In this document: piece after piece, positions 26,459 to 36,692 of the stretch
Layout of the letters: every line of letters begins with the position of its first letter
How positions within the stretch are numbered: position 1 is the first letter of the stretch
From: a virus
Reading direction: 5' to 3' (one strand)
DNA: 64,000 nucleotides
IMG/VR virus record: IMGVR_UViG_3300021560_000013
Span: 1-64,000 of that record
Position numbers and translations under genes: made by a program
Notes under the pieces: model-generated
What the model saw: the letters and a program-made list of their open reading frames with translations, nothing else
The model's database searches: none
Told to the model about the DNA's origin: nothing

Positions 26459-27013
26459 ATGGCAATCGGGGGCGGGCGCTACGAGGTGAAGTACTACGGG
26501 CCGGATCTGACGAAGATCGCGGATCCGGCCCCGGTTCAGCGAGCCATGCGCCGGATGGCCGACCGGGGCGGCGACGCGCTGCACGAGTTCACCGCGATGT
26601 TCACGCCGGTCAGGACCGGCAACCTGGCGACCAGCTGGTATCGCGAGCCGACGCAGCGCGTGCAGCACGGCACCGAGGAGGCGCTGGAGTCACGAATCGC
26701 GACGGACGTTGACTACGCGCCGTACGTCAACTACGGGACGGGCCTGTGGGGACCGGAGCACCGCAAGTACCTGATCGAGCCGCACCCCCCCAACCAGCTG
26801 CTGTCGTGGATTGACCCGCACACGGGGATGCGGATGTACGCCCGTCGCGTCTGGCATCCGGGCTCGCCGGGCGAGCACATGGTCGAGAAGGCTGCCGTGT
26901 TCGTGGAGAGCACGCTTCACGAGATCGAGGCGGGGGAGCTTGAGCAGTGGAAGCTCGACACTGAGCGAGTGATCGAGGAGTCGATGATCGGGATCGCGTG
27001 GCCCAAGCTATGA
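26459..27013 (+). CDS. HK97 gp10-like neck protein
   Basis: TPVRTGNLATSW, YAPYVNYGTG, HPGSPG. Confidence 0.8.
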   Translation: MAIGGGRYEVKYYGPDLTKIADPAPVQRAMRRMADRGGDALHEFTAMFTPVRTGNLATSWYREPTQRVQHGTEEALESRIATDVDYAPYVNYGTGLWGPEHRKYLIEPHPPNQLLSWIDPHTGMRMYARRVWHPGSPGEHMVEKAAVFVESTLHEIEAGELEQWKLDTERVIEESMIGIAWPKL

Positions 27014-27570
27014 GCAGCCTGGACGTTGGCCGCGCCGCCACTGATGCGCTTCGCTCGCTGAAGCGCTACGTCGCGATCGCGCTCGGGGACAGCTGGGAGG
27101 TGCGCCTGTCGCGCGAGGAGGGCGCGTTCGAGCGCCCGTTCGCCCGCGTGTGGCAGGTCGCTGGGACGACCTACCCGCTGACGGGCGGCAAGTGGCTGGC
27201 GGACCTGGTGCAGCCGTTCGTGATCTCGGCCTACCCACCGCGCGGCGCTACCTCCGACGATGCCCTGCTCTCGGCGCAGGCGGTGGAGGATACGCTCTAC
27301 CGGGCGTTCCGCGTCGGCGTGGGGGACGGCAAGCCGCAACGCGTGCCGCTGTGCAACTACACCGGCGTCGCGATGACCGATCCGGGCGTATGGAACCCGC
27401 CGGTGTACATGCGCGTGGACAACCTCTCCACGCAGCCGTTCCCCGACCCGGATGACAACAAGCTGTGGACGGTTGTCTGCGACGTGCGCCTGAAGTGGCG
27501 CAGGCTCGCCGCGACGATCCCGGACAGCCCCGGTCTCAGCAGCGTCACGGTCACCGTCCAGCAGCCCTGA
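27010..27570 (+). CDS. Tail terminator-like protein
   Basis: Position before the sheath gene. Confidence 0.55.
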   Translation: MSSLDVGRAATDALRSLKRYVAIALGDSWEVRLSREEGAFERPFARVWQVAGTTYPLTGGKWLADLVQPFVISAYPPRGATSDDALLSAQAVEDTLYRAFRVGVGDGKPQRVPLCNYTGVAMTDPGVWNPPVYMRVDNLSTQPFPDPDDNKLWTVVCDVRLKWRRLAATIPDSPGLSSVTVTVQQP

Positions 27571-27648
27571 TCCATCTGTGGGGGGCCGCAGATCCGGACT
27601 TAGACTCGGCGGCAGCCCGTCTGTGGGCAACACAGAGAGGAGCAACCG

Positions 27649-27942
27649 GTGGCGGAATCAAGCAGGACGAGCAAGGCAGCCGCAGCGAAGGCCGAAGACG
27701 ATGCGCCACAGGCTGCCCAGATGAGCGTCGGCGCTGAGGAGACCGGTCCGCCGTCGTCTCTTCCCGTCGCGCAGCTGATCGAGAACAGTGGCCCACTTCT
27801 CGGTCAGCCCCCCTGGGTCGTTGGACCCGCGCTGGCCGACCGTCAGCCCGACGAGGAGCTAACGATCGACTTCGCGAAGGGCGTTGTGCAGGAGTGGCTC
27901 GACAGGCCGGTCGAGGTCGATCCGGCGACACAGGAGGCGTAA
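27649..27942 (+). CDS. Small hypothetical protein preceding the sheath gene
   Basis: RBS GAGGAG. Confidence 0.65.
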   Translation: MAESSRTSKAAAAKAEDDAPQAAQMSVGAEETGPPSSLPVAQLIENSGPLLGQPPWVVGPALADRQPDEELTIDFAKGVVQEWLDRPVEVDPATQEA

Positions 27943-27945
27943 GAG

Positions 27946-29433
27946 ATGCCGGGGATCTTCTCGAAGTCGGCGCGGCCCCCACGTCCTGGGGCGTACTTCA
28001 ACTGGGCCGCGACGCCGGTCACGACCGTTCTGCCGTCGATCGGCTCGGTCGTGCTGCTGGCGATCGTTCACGACTGGGGTCCGGACGAGGTGATCGTCCC
28101 GACCGTCTCGCTCGCGGACTTCCAGGCGAAGTTCGGCCCGACGCAGAGCGCGGGCTACAAGGCGGTCATGCAGTGCTTCGAGGGTGAGGCGTACGCCGGT
28201 CGAGGCGGCGCGGGCACCGTGCTCGTGTACCGCATGACGGGCTCGGCAGCGGTGAAGGCGACGGTCTCGGTCCAGAACACCACGCCCGCCGCGTGCCTCA
28301 CGCTGACCGCGAAGTACCAGGGCAGCTACGGCAACAGCCTGGGCTTCCGCAACATCGCTGACCCGGTAGTCGGAGCCAACAACATCCTGCAGATCACGCT
28401 GGGCGGGACGGTCGTGGAGTCCTACTCGTACGTGAAGACCGACATCACCGGGCTCGCGGCGCAGATCAACGCGCAGTCGCAGTGGGTGACCGGCGCGATG
28501 CTGATCACCGGCGTGGCAGTCGCGGCGGCGAGCACGAGCACGCCGCCGACGGCGCTCGCCACCGGCAACGACGGCTCGACGCTCGTCGGCGCGGACTGGT
28601 CGCTGATGACCACGAACTGCTCCTCGGCGCGCTTCTCGCTGTTCTCCCCCTACGACCTGACCGACTCGACCATCCTCCAGTCGATCCAGGTCTGGGTGGC
28701 GAACATGAACGTCAACGGCAAGCGGTTCATGGCCGTGGTCGGTGGCGCGCTGAACGAGACTGCGTCGGCGGCGGTCACGCGCTCGACGGCGCTCCAGACC
28801 GTGCAGTCCGGCGCGTCGATCTCGGGTGCCGAGGACTTCATCAACCTGGGCGTCGGCTCGGTGCAGGACTCCGCGCTCGGCGTGCTGTCCACCTCGCAGC
28901 TGGCTCCGAGGGTCGCCGGGATCCTGGCGGCGCGCGGCGAGTCGATGAGCCTGACGTTCGCCCGGCTGGCCGGGGTGACGCCGCTGATCCTGCCGGACGA
29001 CCCGTCAGTGCTGCAGTGCTTCAACGGCGGGGTGGTGTGCCTCGGCCAGGACTCCAACCCGGACGCGCCGGTGCGCGTCGAGAAGGGTCTGACGGCGTAT
29101 ATCGGCGGCGACACGACCAAGCCGTACCTGATCTACCGCAACCCCAAGTTCCTGCGGACGATGCAGGGCATCGAGTTGGACATCACCGACTGGGCGACGA
29201 ACAACGCGATCGGCCTGCTCCAGGTCAACGATGCGACCCGTGCGCTGGTCGTCGGCCACGCGCACGAGGTGATCCAGGCGCGTGCCGACCGGGGCGTGAT
29301 CCAGGACGGGTTCACCGTCGGCACCGACCCGAGCCCGCCGCCGTCCGACATGGACGAGTTCGTGGCGCTGCTCTACGGCATTGCCTTCGGGCGCTCCGTC
29401 GAGCAGGTCTTCAACACCGTCTTTATCTCTTGA
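27946..29433 (+). CDS. Tail sheath protein
   Basis: RPGAYFN, DWGP, LTAKYQGSYGNSL, RVAGILA, EQVFNTV. Confidence 0.9.
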   Translation: MPGIFSKSARPPRPGAYFNWAATPVTTVLPSIGSVVLLAIVHDWGPDEVIVPTVSLADFQAKFGPTQSAGYKAVMQCFEGEAYAGRGGAGTVLVYRMTGSAAVKATVSVQNTTPAACLTLTAKYQGSYGNSLGFRNIADPVVGANNILQITLGGTVVESYSYVKTDITGLAAQINAQSQWVTGAMLITGVAVAAASTSTPPTALATGNDGSTLVGADWSLMTTNCSSARFSLFSPYDLTDSTILQSIQVWVANMNVNGKRFMAVVGGALNETASAAVTRSTALQTVQSGASISGAEDFINLGVGSVQDSALGVLSTSQLAPRVAGILAARGESMSLTFARLAGVTPLILPDDPSVLQCFNGGVVCLGQDSNPDAPVRVEKGLTAYIGGDTTKPYLIYRNPKFLRTMQGIELDITDWATNNAIGLLQVNDATRALVVGHAHEVIQARADRGVIQDGFTVGTDPSPPPSDMDEFVALLYGIAFGRSVEQVFNTVFIS

Positions 29434-29460
29434 CGTGAGCTAAGGAAGGAGGTGTAACCA

Positions 29461-30006
29461 ATGGCTGAAGTCGGATCATCGGAGGGGCTCTACAGGTTCA
29501 GCGGCATGTACGGCTACGTGATCATGGATGGTCACGTCCGCGCGGAGATCACGAACGTCACGGCGACGATCACGATCGCGAAGATCGAGATGCCGCTGGT
29601 CGGCGCGACCCGGATGGGGATCAAGCCGGGACGGGAGACGCGCGAGGGCACGTTCAACGTCCAGAAGGTGGACACGCACTGGGAGAAGTACATCTACGGC
29701 TACCTCTCGCAGTCGCTCGCCGCACGCCGGGCAGCGCGCGGCACCCAGGCGGGCATGATGCGCTCGTTCGCGATGCAGGTGTGGCTGGACGACCCGGACG
29801 CGCTCGGCTTCGAGGTCTGGCAGTTCAACGGCTGCCTGATCTGGGACCTGCCGCTCGGGTTCAACATCACCGACGACGTGATCGACAAGTCCTTCAGCTT
29901 CGGCTGGGAGACCGAGCGTCCGCTGGAGACGTTCGAGATCATCCAGGGCCAGACCAACCCGGTCACGGGCCAGCCCGCGACGACAATCCTCGACTCGCTG
30001 TCGTGA
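29461..30006 (+). CDS. Tail tube protein (XkdM-like)
   Basis: SGMYG...EGTF...LDDPDALG...FSF. Confidence 0.8.
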   Translation: MAEVGSSEGLYRFSGMYGYVIMDGHVRAEITNVTATITIAKIEMPLVGATRMGIKPGRETREGTFNVQKVDTHWEKYIYGYLSQSLAARRAARGTQAGMMRSFAMQVWLDDPDALGFEVWQFNGCLIWDLPLGFNITDDVIDKSFSFGWETERPLETFEIIQGQTNPVTGQPATTILDSLS

Positions 30007-30215
30007 TCATCGACTACGAGCGAGCGTGGGTCGAGATGAAGACCCACTTGCTGTCCAAGAACAGTCACGGCCAGCGAGATCTCCTGACGCAGATGGCGCG
30101 CATCGAGATCGACTGCCGTGTCCCCGAGGAGGAACGGGCCTACGACCCGACTCCCGCCCCGACGCATAGCAGGCCCGCTGACCGGCCACTCCGCGAGGTG
30201 ACGGCTCATGGCTGA
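30003..30215 (+). CDS. Hypothetical protein
   Basis: GTGA coupling; begins MIIDYERAW. Confidence 0.5.
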   Translation: MIIDYERAWVEMKTHLLSKNSHGQRDLLTQMARIEIDCRVPEEERAYDPTPAPTHSRPADRPLREVTAHG

Positions 30216-30238
30216 CCCCATGTCACGAGGAGTGCCCG

Positions 30239-30847
30239 ATGCCAGAAGCACCGCCCGCTGTCAACGACGGGGCACCGCCGCCCGCCCCTACGACGCGGCA
30301 TAAGCGCGAGCAGGCAGGCCCGCTGCCGCCACCGACGGCCCTGAGGGGCCGCGAGGATCAGCCCGAGCGCACCACCGAGGAGGTGCTCGACGCGCTCGCG
30401 AGCGACAAGCCGATCACGCAGGCCGAGACGCAGTCCGCCACCGACTGGTTCCTCTCCGAGGAGCCCGAGGAGGACGGGGAGCAGACGCACGCCATCGACC
30501 TGAACGTCGGCGTGGGCGACGAGCAGCACTGGATCCAGTGGGTGATCCGCCCGGTGGACTCCGACGACCTGCGCCGGATCAACCGCCAGACGCTGGCGCT
30601 GCGCCGCCGGGGACGCCAGGACGATCTCGCGATCGACCAGCTGGGGAACCTGAAGGTGATCGTCGCGGGCTCGGTCGATCCGGACATCCAGACGATTGCG
30701 GAGCAGAGGGGCAAGGCCCCCGAGGCGCTCGTGCTGCAGCGGTTCAAGAAGAAGCCGGGCCTGATCACGCAGCTGGCGACGCAGATCATGGCCCTGTCGG
30801 GGTTCGATGACGAGGACGTGCGCGACGCGCTGAGCGCAAAAAACTGA
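30239..30847 (+). CDS. Tail assembly chaperone (XkdN-like)
   Basis: Position; IMALSGF; slippery site at the 3' end. Confidence 0.8.
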   Translation: MPEAPPAVNDGAPPPAPTTRHKREQAGPLPPPTALRGREDQPERTTEEVLDALASDKPITQAETQSATDWFLSEEPEEDGEQTHAIDLNVGVGDEQHWIQWVIRPVDSDDLRRINRQTLALRRRGRQDDLAIDQLGNLKVIVAGSVDPDIQTIAEQRGKAPEALVLQRFKKKPGLITQLATQIMALSGFDDEDVRDALSAKN

Positions 30848-31098
30848 TCAAGGCCGGGGGCGAGGCGCAGTTCCTGTTCCTGGCCTGGCGCTACGGAGGC
30901 GAAGATCCCTACCGGCTCTACAACGGTCTGGACGCGGACTACCGCCCGCTCGGGCACCCGGAGATGGACGCCCATCCGCCGACGTACCCGTCGCGGCTGC
31001 GCTACTTCCTCTACGGCTGCGGGCTCATGGCGCTGGAGAACGAGACGAAGCTCGCCGGGGGTAAGGGCAGCGGGCGAGTCGCGAGGGCGATGGGGTAG
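30838..31098 (+). CDS. -1 programmed frameshift extension of the tail assembly chaperone
   Basis: A-AAA-AAC heptamer at 30838-30844; the -1 frame is open to TAG 31098, just before the tape measure gene. Confidence 0.8.
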   Translation, partial: KKLIKAGGEAQFLFLAWRYGGEDPYRLYNGLDADYRPLGHPEMDAHPPTYPSRLRYFLYGCGLMALENETKLAGGKGSGRVARAMG

Positions 31099-31101
31099 CT
31101 G

Positions 31102-34100
31102 ATGGCCGTCTCGCTCGAAGCTGCGTTCGTCCTGATCGACAAGGCGAGCGGCCCGCTGAAGGAGATCCGCCGCCAGGCGAAGCTGACCGACCAGGCGCTG
31201 CGCGGCACGAGCACCACGAGCGGCGGCGCGGCGGGCTGGTCACGCCAGTTCACGACGGCGGGCACCGCCATCGGCAACTACACCAAGCAGGTCAAGGAGG
31301 CCGGGAAGGAGACGAAGAAGACCGCCGTCGAGGCCGACAACTTCGCCAGGCGGGTCAAGACCGCGTGGAAGGAGCTACAGAACTGGGGCAAGACGTTCGG
31401 CTCGGTCCACCCCGTGCTGACCAAGTTCGCGGCGGGGCTCGGTGGTGCGGTCGGCGGGCTGCAGGGCATGGCGGGTGCGTTCAAGCCGGTGATCTGGGCC
31501 GCGCTCGCGGCAGCCCCGGTGATCGTCGGGCTGGCCGGTGCGGTCGGCGCGCTCGTTGCGTCCCTGGGCGCTGCCGTCGGCGGCGGCGCGCTGCTCGGGG
31601 CCGGGCTGCTCGGGTCGTTCGCCGTCGGGCTTGGGTCGGTCGTCGCCGTGGCGAAACCGGCGATCACCCAGCTGCAGAACTACGAGAAGGCGACCAAGGC
31701 ACTGAACACGGCGATGGCGTCCGGCAACAAGACGCAGATCGCCGCCAAGCAGAAGCAGCTGGACGCACTTGCCAAAGCGCACCCCGGTGTAGCTCAGCTG
31801 TCGCAGAACCTGGACGCGTTCAAGAAATCGTGGGACAAGGCGACCAGGCCCGGCCAGGCGAGCTTCTTCAAGCTCGCCGCCGACGGGCTCGGGTCGCTGC
31901 GCAAGATGCTCCCGACGCTTGCGGGCGAGGTGAACAAGAACACCTCGGCGCTTGAGAGGAACTTCCGCAAGATCCTCGCGCCGTTCATCGAGGGTCGCCG
32001 GTTCCAGGGGACGATCGCCGGGCTCGGGTCGGTGTTCCGCCACAACCTGCCGGGGATGATGACCGGGGTCGTGAACATCCTGAAGGCGCTCGGGAACATC
32101 CTGAAGGAGATCGCCCCGACGCTCGACAAGACGGGCGGGCTGTTCGCGAAGCTGACCGGCAACTTCGAGCAGTGGACGCGGAGTAAGACGGGCAAGAGCC
32201 GGATCCACGAGATGACCGAGGCGTTCAAGGAGTGGGGGCGGCTCCTCGGCCAGGTCGCCCGGCTGATCGGCGCGGTGATGGGCCAGGGCATCAAGCCGGG
32301 CACGAGCGAGATCGGCAAGTGGGCGGACAAGATCGGCAAGCTCGCGGACTCGCTCCGGGGCGGCGGCAAGCAGAAGTCGATCGCGGACTTCTTCCAGAAG
32401 GGGATCGACACGGCCAACAACCTGTGGCCGGTGCTGAAGAACCTCGCGACGGCGCTGATGGGGATCTACAACGTGTGGAAGCCGCTGGGCAGCGTCGTGC
32501 AGACCGTCCTGAAGGCGTTCCCGCCGGGCGTCGTCGGCGCGCTGTCGCTCGCGTACGTCGGTCTGAAGGGCGGCATCGGCGCGGCCAAGGGGTTCAAGGG
32601 CGTCGCGAGCTTCTTCGGCAAGGACCGCGACGGCTCCTCGGAGCGCAAGTCGCTGTACGTGATCGTCACCAACATGTTCAGGGGCGGCGGCAGCGGCGCT
32701 GGCGGATCCAGCTGGCCGGGCGGCGGCAGCAAGTGGGAGAAGGACGCAATGAAGGCCGAGGAGCGCGCCGCCGGGAAGGGCGGGTTCTTCGGGCGCTTCT
32801 TCCGGGGCAAGGGCGGCGTCCGAGGCAAGCTCGGCGGTCTGATCGGCTTTGGTGAGACGGCAGCCGAGGACACCCGCCTGGTGGGCGGGCTCGGCAAGGT
32901 CTCCGGGTTCGGCGGCAGGTTCCTGGACCGGATCAAGGGTCACTTCGGGATCGGCGGGGCGAAGCTCGAAGAGGACGTGGGCAAGAGCTTCCTGTCCCGG
33001 ATATTCAGGGGCGGCGGCGTTCGCGGGTTCGGCGGGCTGACCGGCGGGCTGAGCGGCATGGCTGCGATGATGGCGCTGCCCGTCGCGGAGAAGTTCATCC
33101 CGAAGGCGCTGCGCGACAGCCCGGTCGGCAAGATCGGCGGCAGGCTGTTCGGCGGGTTCCTGCAGGGCGGCACGGCGGGTCTCGCGATCACCGGCGCGAA
33201 CATGCTGCTGCCGTCCTCGATCACGCAGTCCGGGATCGGGCGGACGGCCACGAGGATCGGGATGGGCGCGGCGACCGGCGCGACGTTCGGGAGCATGTTC
33301 GGCCCGCTCGGGACCGGCATCGGAGCGCTCGCTGGCGGCGGGCTCGCGGCAGCTGCGCCGCTGCTGAAGCACGTTCCGGTGCTCGGCGCGATCGCCGGGT
33401 TCTTCGGCGGCGGCGGCGGTCCGAGCGACGCGCAGAAGAAGTCCGAGGCGGGGATGCAGAGCTTCCAGAACCGGATCAAGGATCTGAAGGGCAACCTGGA
33501 CAAGCTCTCCCCCAAGCAGCTGATGGCGCTCAAGGACTGGGCGTTCAAGCTCGCGTCGGACCCGAACCTCAAGAAGTACAAGGACTGGCTCGTCTCGACC
33601 GGCGACCAGCTGCAGGATCCGAGCAAGGGGCTCAGGGGCGCGCTCGCGAAGGTCCAGCCCGCGTTCCAGGCGACCGCGTCCGTCGCTGGGCAGAGCCTCC
33701 AGGCGATCCAGTCCGTCGCCAAGAGCACCACCGCGCAGATCCAGGCGACGCTGCCTTCGGGCTCGGCGGCAGCGACGCTGGCGCTGTCCCAGAACTACCA
33801 GCAGGCCGCTGCCGACGTGCAAACGTCGATGCAGAACGGCGTCGTGGCGAACACGGCGGCTGGTATTGCGGCGGTGAACGGCTTGATGGCGAAGGCGTTC
33901 CAGCAACTCGGGTTCACTGGTCCGCAGTCGAAGAACCTCGCCGGGATGCTGGCGAAGGGTGGTTCCGCTGGGGCAGCCGCCCAGAACGTGCTGAACGTTG
34001 CACAGGCTGGCAAGGCTCAGGCAGCCACCGGCCAGGGCGGCGCGGCGGCGGGCGTCTCCACGAGCCAGTTCCTCTCGGCGGCAACCACGTCCTACGCGGC

Positions 34101-35760
34101 CCTGCCCGGCAAGCATGCGGCGGGCGGACGCCTGCCCGGCCCGGCGATGGGGGATCACATCCCGCTGTACGGCAAGGGCGGCGGGCTGCTCGGGATCGCG
34201 GACGGCGGCGAACTGGTCGTCAACAAGCACACCGAGAACCGCGTCAACGCGAAGCTCGCCGCGTTTGGCACCACGCTCGGACGCGAGGTCTCGAACGAGA
34301 CCAGGCCGCACAGCCGGGCGTTTTACCAGGGCGGTCGCATCCCGACGTTCCAGACGGGTGGCGTCACCGGCGAGGTGGACGCGTTCTTCAGCGCCGCCGG
34401 GTTCAACAAGATCGCGATCGCCGGGATCCTCGGCAACGCCATGCAGGAGTCCGGCCTGAACCCGAACACGGCGGGCGGCGGCATGTGGCAGCAGATCTCC
34501 AACTTCGGCCAGGGCACCGGCGGCTCGCTCCAGGCCCAGATGGTCAAGATGCTCTCGCAGATCGGCGGGCTCCGCGCCGCGCTGAACTCGGCGTCGAGCC
34601 CCGGCGCGGCGGCGACGATCTTCGAGCAGGGCTTCGAGAAGGCGGGCATCCCCGCGCTTGCGAACCGCATCAAGTACGCCAACGAGGCGTACTCCGGACA
34701 GCTGGGCGGCACGATCACCGGCGGCACCGGCGGGGCGGCAGCTGGTCTCGCGCCGATCTCGATCCCGGTCATCATCGCGCCGCAGGTCGGCGGCGCTGGG
34801 GCCACGCAGGCGCTCGGCCAGACGAACGTCAACGCGTACACGGGCGTGGCGAACGCGATCGTCCAGGCGGCGGGGGCGCAGATCAACGCCACTCGCGCAG
34901 CCACGATCACCGGTGGTGGCGGCGGCGCAGGCCCGTCGTTCGTCGCGGCGGGAGGCCCCACCCCGCCGCAGGTCCAGTACGCGCTGCAGGCCGCGAACGC
35001 GCTCGCTGACCGCCACCCGCCGTACGGCCACCAGGGCGCTGGCTGGGGGCTCGGTGCCTACGACTGCTCGTCGTACGTGAGCACGGTCATGGACGCGGCG
35101 GGGATCTGGCCGAAGTGGGCGTACTACACGGCGGCGCAGCCGATCAACCAGCACACCGATCCGGGGCCGGGCCAGTACATCACGATCGGCACCTGGGGCA
35201 CGTCCGGCCAGCAGGCCCACACGATGATGTCGATCATGGGGAACTATTTCGAGTCGGGTGGTGGAGATGGAGGCCCGCACCGTGACTCCGGGTGGTCGCA
35301 GAAGTTCGACCAGTACCGCCATCCGCACGGCTACGCCACTGGCGGTCTGCTCGGAAAGAACCGCGCGGGCTCGCGCCGCAACCTGTTCCTGAACAAGAAC
35401 CCAGGGCGCGGTCGGCCCGGCTACCAGCCGACGCAGGCCGAGGCCGCTGAGATCCAGCGCAACCAGGCGGCGATCAAGATGCAGTTCGCCAAGGAGCACG
35501 GCTACGGGCTCGGTGGCTACATCCCGTGGTTCGCCGGTGGCGGCGACTTCGTGGCGCGGCGTCCGACCGTGATCGGCGTGGGCGACCGGCCCGGCGGCGA
35601 GCGGGTCACCGTGTCACCGACCACCGGACCCGGCTCGCTCGGCGGTCACCCGCTGCACGTCGAGATCCACCACATCGAGGTGAACCGCGAGGGTGACATC
35701 CAGAAGATCGTGGACCGCGAGCTTCAGCTGCTCGCGGCGGGAATCGAGAACAGGCTCTGA
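31102..35760 (+). CDS. Tape measure protein with phage tail lysozyme-like and NlpC/P60-like domains
   Basis: Long Ala/Gly helical protein; IAGILGNAMQESGLNP; YDCSSYVS...HT. Confidence 0.9.
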   Translation: MAVSLEAAFVLIDKASGPLKEIRRQAKLTDQALRGTSTTSGGAAGWSRQFTTAGTAIGNYTKQVKEAGKETKKTAVEADNFARRVKTAWKELQNWGKTFGSVHPVLTKFAAGLGGAVGGLQGMAGAFKPVIWAALAAAPVIVGLAGAVGALVASLGAAVGGGALLGAGLLGSFAVGLGSVVAVAKPAITQLQNYEKATKALNTAMASGNKTQIAAKQKQLDALAKAHPGVAQLSQNLDAFKKSWDKATRPGQASFFKLAADGLGSLRKMLPTLAGEVNKNTSALERNFRKILAPFIEGRRFQGTIAGLGSVFRHNLPGMMTGVVNILKALGNILKEIAPTLDKTGGLFAKLTGNFEQWTRSKTGKSRIHEMTEAFKEWGRLLGQVARLIGAVMGQGIKPGTSEIGKWADKIGKLADSLRGGGKQKSIADFFQKGIDTANNLWPVLKNLATALMGIYNVWKPLGSVVQTVLKAFPPGVVGALSLAYVGLKGGIGAAKGFKGVASFFGKDRDGSSERKSLYVIVTNMFRGGGSGAGGSSWPGGGSKWEKDAMKAEERAAGKGGFFGRFFRGKGGVRGKLGGLIGFGETAAEDTRLVGGLGKVSGFGGRFLDRIKGHFGIGGAKLEEDVGKSFLSRIFRGGGVRGFGGLTGGLSGMAAMMALPVAEKFIPKALRDSPVGKIGGRLFGGFLQGGTAGLAITGANMLLPSSITQSGIGRTATRIGMGAATGATFGSMFGPLGTGIGALAGGGLAAAAPLLKHVPVLGAIAGFFGGGGGPSDAQKKSEAGMQSFQNRIKDLKGNLDKLSPKQLMALKDWAFKLASDPNLKKYKDWLVSTGDQLQDPSKGLRGALAKVQPAFQATASVAGQSLQAIQSVAKSTTAQIQATLPSGSAAATLALSQNYQQAAADVQTSMQNGVVANTAAGIAAVNGLMAKAFQQLGFTGPQSKNLAGMLAKGGSAGAAAQNVLNVAQAGKAQAATGQGGAAAGVSTSQFLSAATTSYAALPGKHAAGGRLPGPAMGDHIPLYGKGGGLLGIADGGELVVNKHTENRVNAKLAAFGTTLGREVSNETRPHSRAFYQGGRIPTFQTGGVTGEVDAFFSAAGFNKIAIAGILGNAMQESGLNPNTAGGGMWQQISNFGQGTGGSLQAQMVKMLSQIGGLRAALNSASSPGAAATIFEQGFEKAGIPALANRIKYANEAYSGQLGGTITGGTGGAAAGLAPISIPVIIAPQVGGAGATQALGQTNVNAYTGVANAIVQAAGAQINATRAATITGGGGGAGPSFVAAGGPTPPQVQYALQAANALADRHPPYGHQGAGWGLGAYDCSSYVSTVMDAAGIWPKWAYYTAAQPINQHTDPGPGQYITIGTWGTSGQQAHTMMSIMGNYFESGGGDGGPHRDSGWSQKFDQYRHPHGYATGGLLGKNRAGSRRNLFLNKNPGRGRPGYQPTQAEAAEIQRNQAAIKMQFAKEHGYGLGGYIPWFAGGGDFVARRPTVIGVGDRPGGERVTVSPTTGPGSLGGHPLHVEIHHIEVNREGDIQKIVDRELQLLAAGIENRL

Positions 35761-36692
35761 TGGCGGACGGGCTGAAGATCACGCTGTCCGGTCTCGGTAA
35801 CGGGCTGACCGTGGACAAGAACGGTCGGGCGCTCCTGCCCAAGCCGTTCGTGTTCCAGTGCTCGCCGCTGGAGCAGTACGCGATCCAGTACCAGATGAAC
35901 ATGGGCATGTACGACACGATCGACAACGACCAGTTCATGCGCCGGGGCTCGCGCCAGCTGGACACCTGGTCGTTCGACACGCTTGCGATGTATCTAGGTG
36001 TCGATCCTCATCCGGACGGGGTCCTGCGCTCGGTGGACCAGATGAAGCTGGTCACCGACGGGCACTACCAGCCGTCGTGGGTGCCGCACCCGACGCGCGA
36101 GCCGTCCGGCACCCAGTACCACCGGCCCGAGTGGTACCGGGATCAGCTGGAGAAGCTGCTCGACGCGGGCTCGCCGTTCCAGTATGTCGCGGCGTTCATG
36201 CACTCGACCACGATCCACCGCACCCCGGCGGTGCTGACCGCGTTCCAGGAGATCCACAAGCACGGCGAGGGCGACGCGATCTACTTCGCCAGCGTGTCGT
36301 TCACCAAGTGGCGCGATCCGGGCGGCGAGTCGGACAAGCCGAAGGGCACGCACCATCTGCCGGGCCACGTCCGCTTCCGGCTCGTGCAGCCGAACAACCG
36401 CTACATCGCCTACGACCTGGCGAACAACCGCAACATCCCGACGAAGGCCCACCGGACCGGCACCACGCTGATGGACCTGTCCCGCTACTTCTACGGCGAC
36501 GCGTCGCACTGGCGCAAGATCGCCCAGGTCAACCACCTGAAGGGCGGCGGTGGCAACACGCCGATCTTCAAGCACTGGTACCCGCACCGGATCTCGCGCG
36601 GCAAGCCGAACGTGACCATGACCGTCCCGAAGCTCCCCAAGCCGCCGCCGACGACGCGCACCGCCCCGGCGAAGACGAGGAAGAAGAAGTGA
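35760..36692 (+). CDS. Tail tube initiator / LysM-like (XkdP-like) protein
   Basis: GEGDAIYF; TLMDLSRYFYGDASHWRKIAQVN. Confidence 0.7.
   Translation: MADGLKITLSGLGNGLTVDKNGRALLPKPFVFQCSPLEQYAIQYQMNMGMYDTIDNDQFMRRGSRQLDTWSFDTLAMYLGVDPHPDGVLRSVDQMKLVTDGHYQPSWVPHPTREPSGTQYHRPEWYRDQLEKLLDAGSPFQYVAAFMHSTTIHRTPAVLTAFQEIHKHGEGDAIYFASVSFTKWRDPGGESDKPKGTHHLPGHVRFRLVQPNNRYIAYDLANNRNIPTKAHRTGTTLMDLSRYFYGDASHWRKIAQVNHLKGGGGNTPIFKHWYPHRISRGKPNVTMTVPKLPKPPPTTRTAPAKTRKKK

Noticed and set aside
29431-29442. Operator half-site TGACGTGAGCTA before the tail tube gene (weaker ones near 23725 and 26017)
   Set aside because: Single arm only, no TANNNT or leader; could be chance.
31375-35499. Very long antisense ORFs (also 13083-15047 and 22080-23705)
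   Set aside because: Typical high-GC shadow frames opposite well-supported genes.
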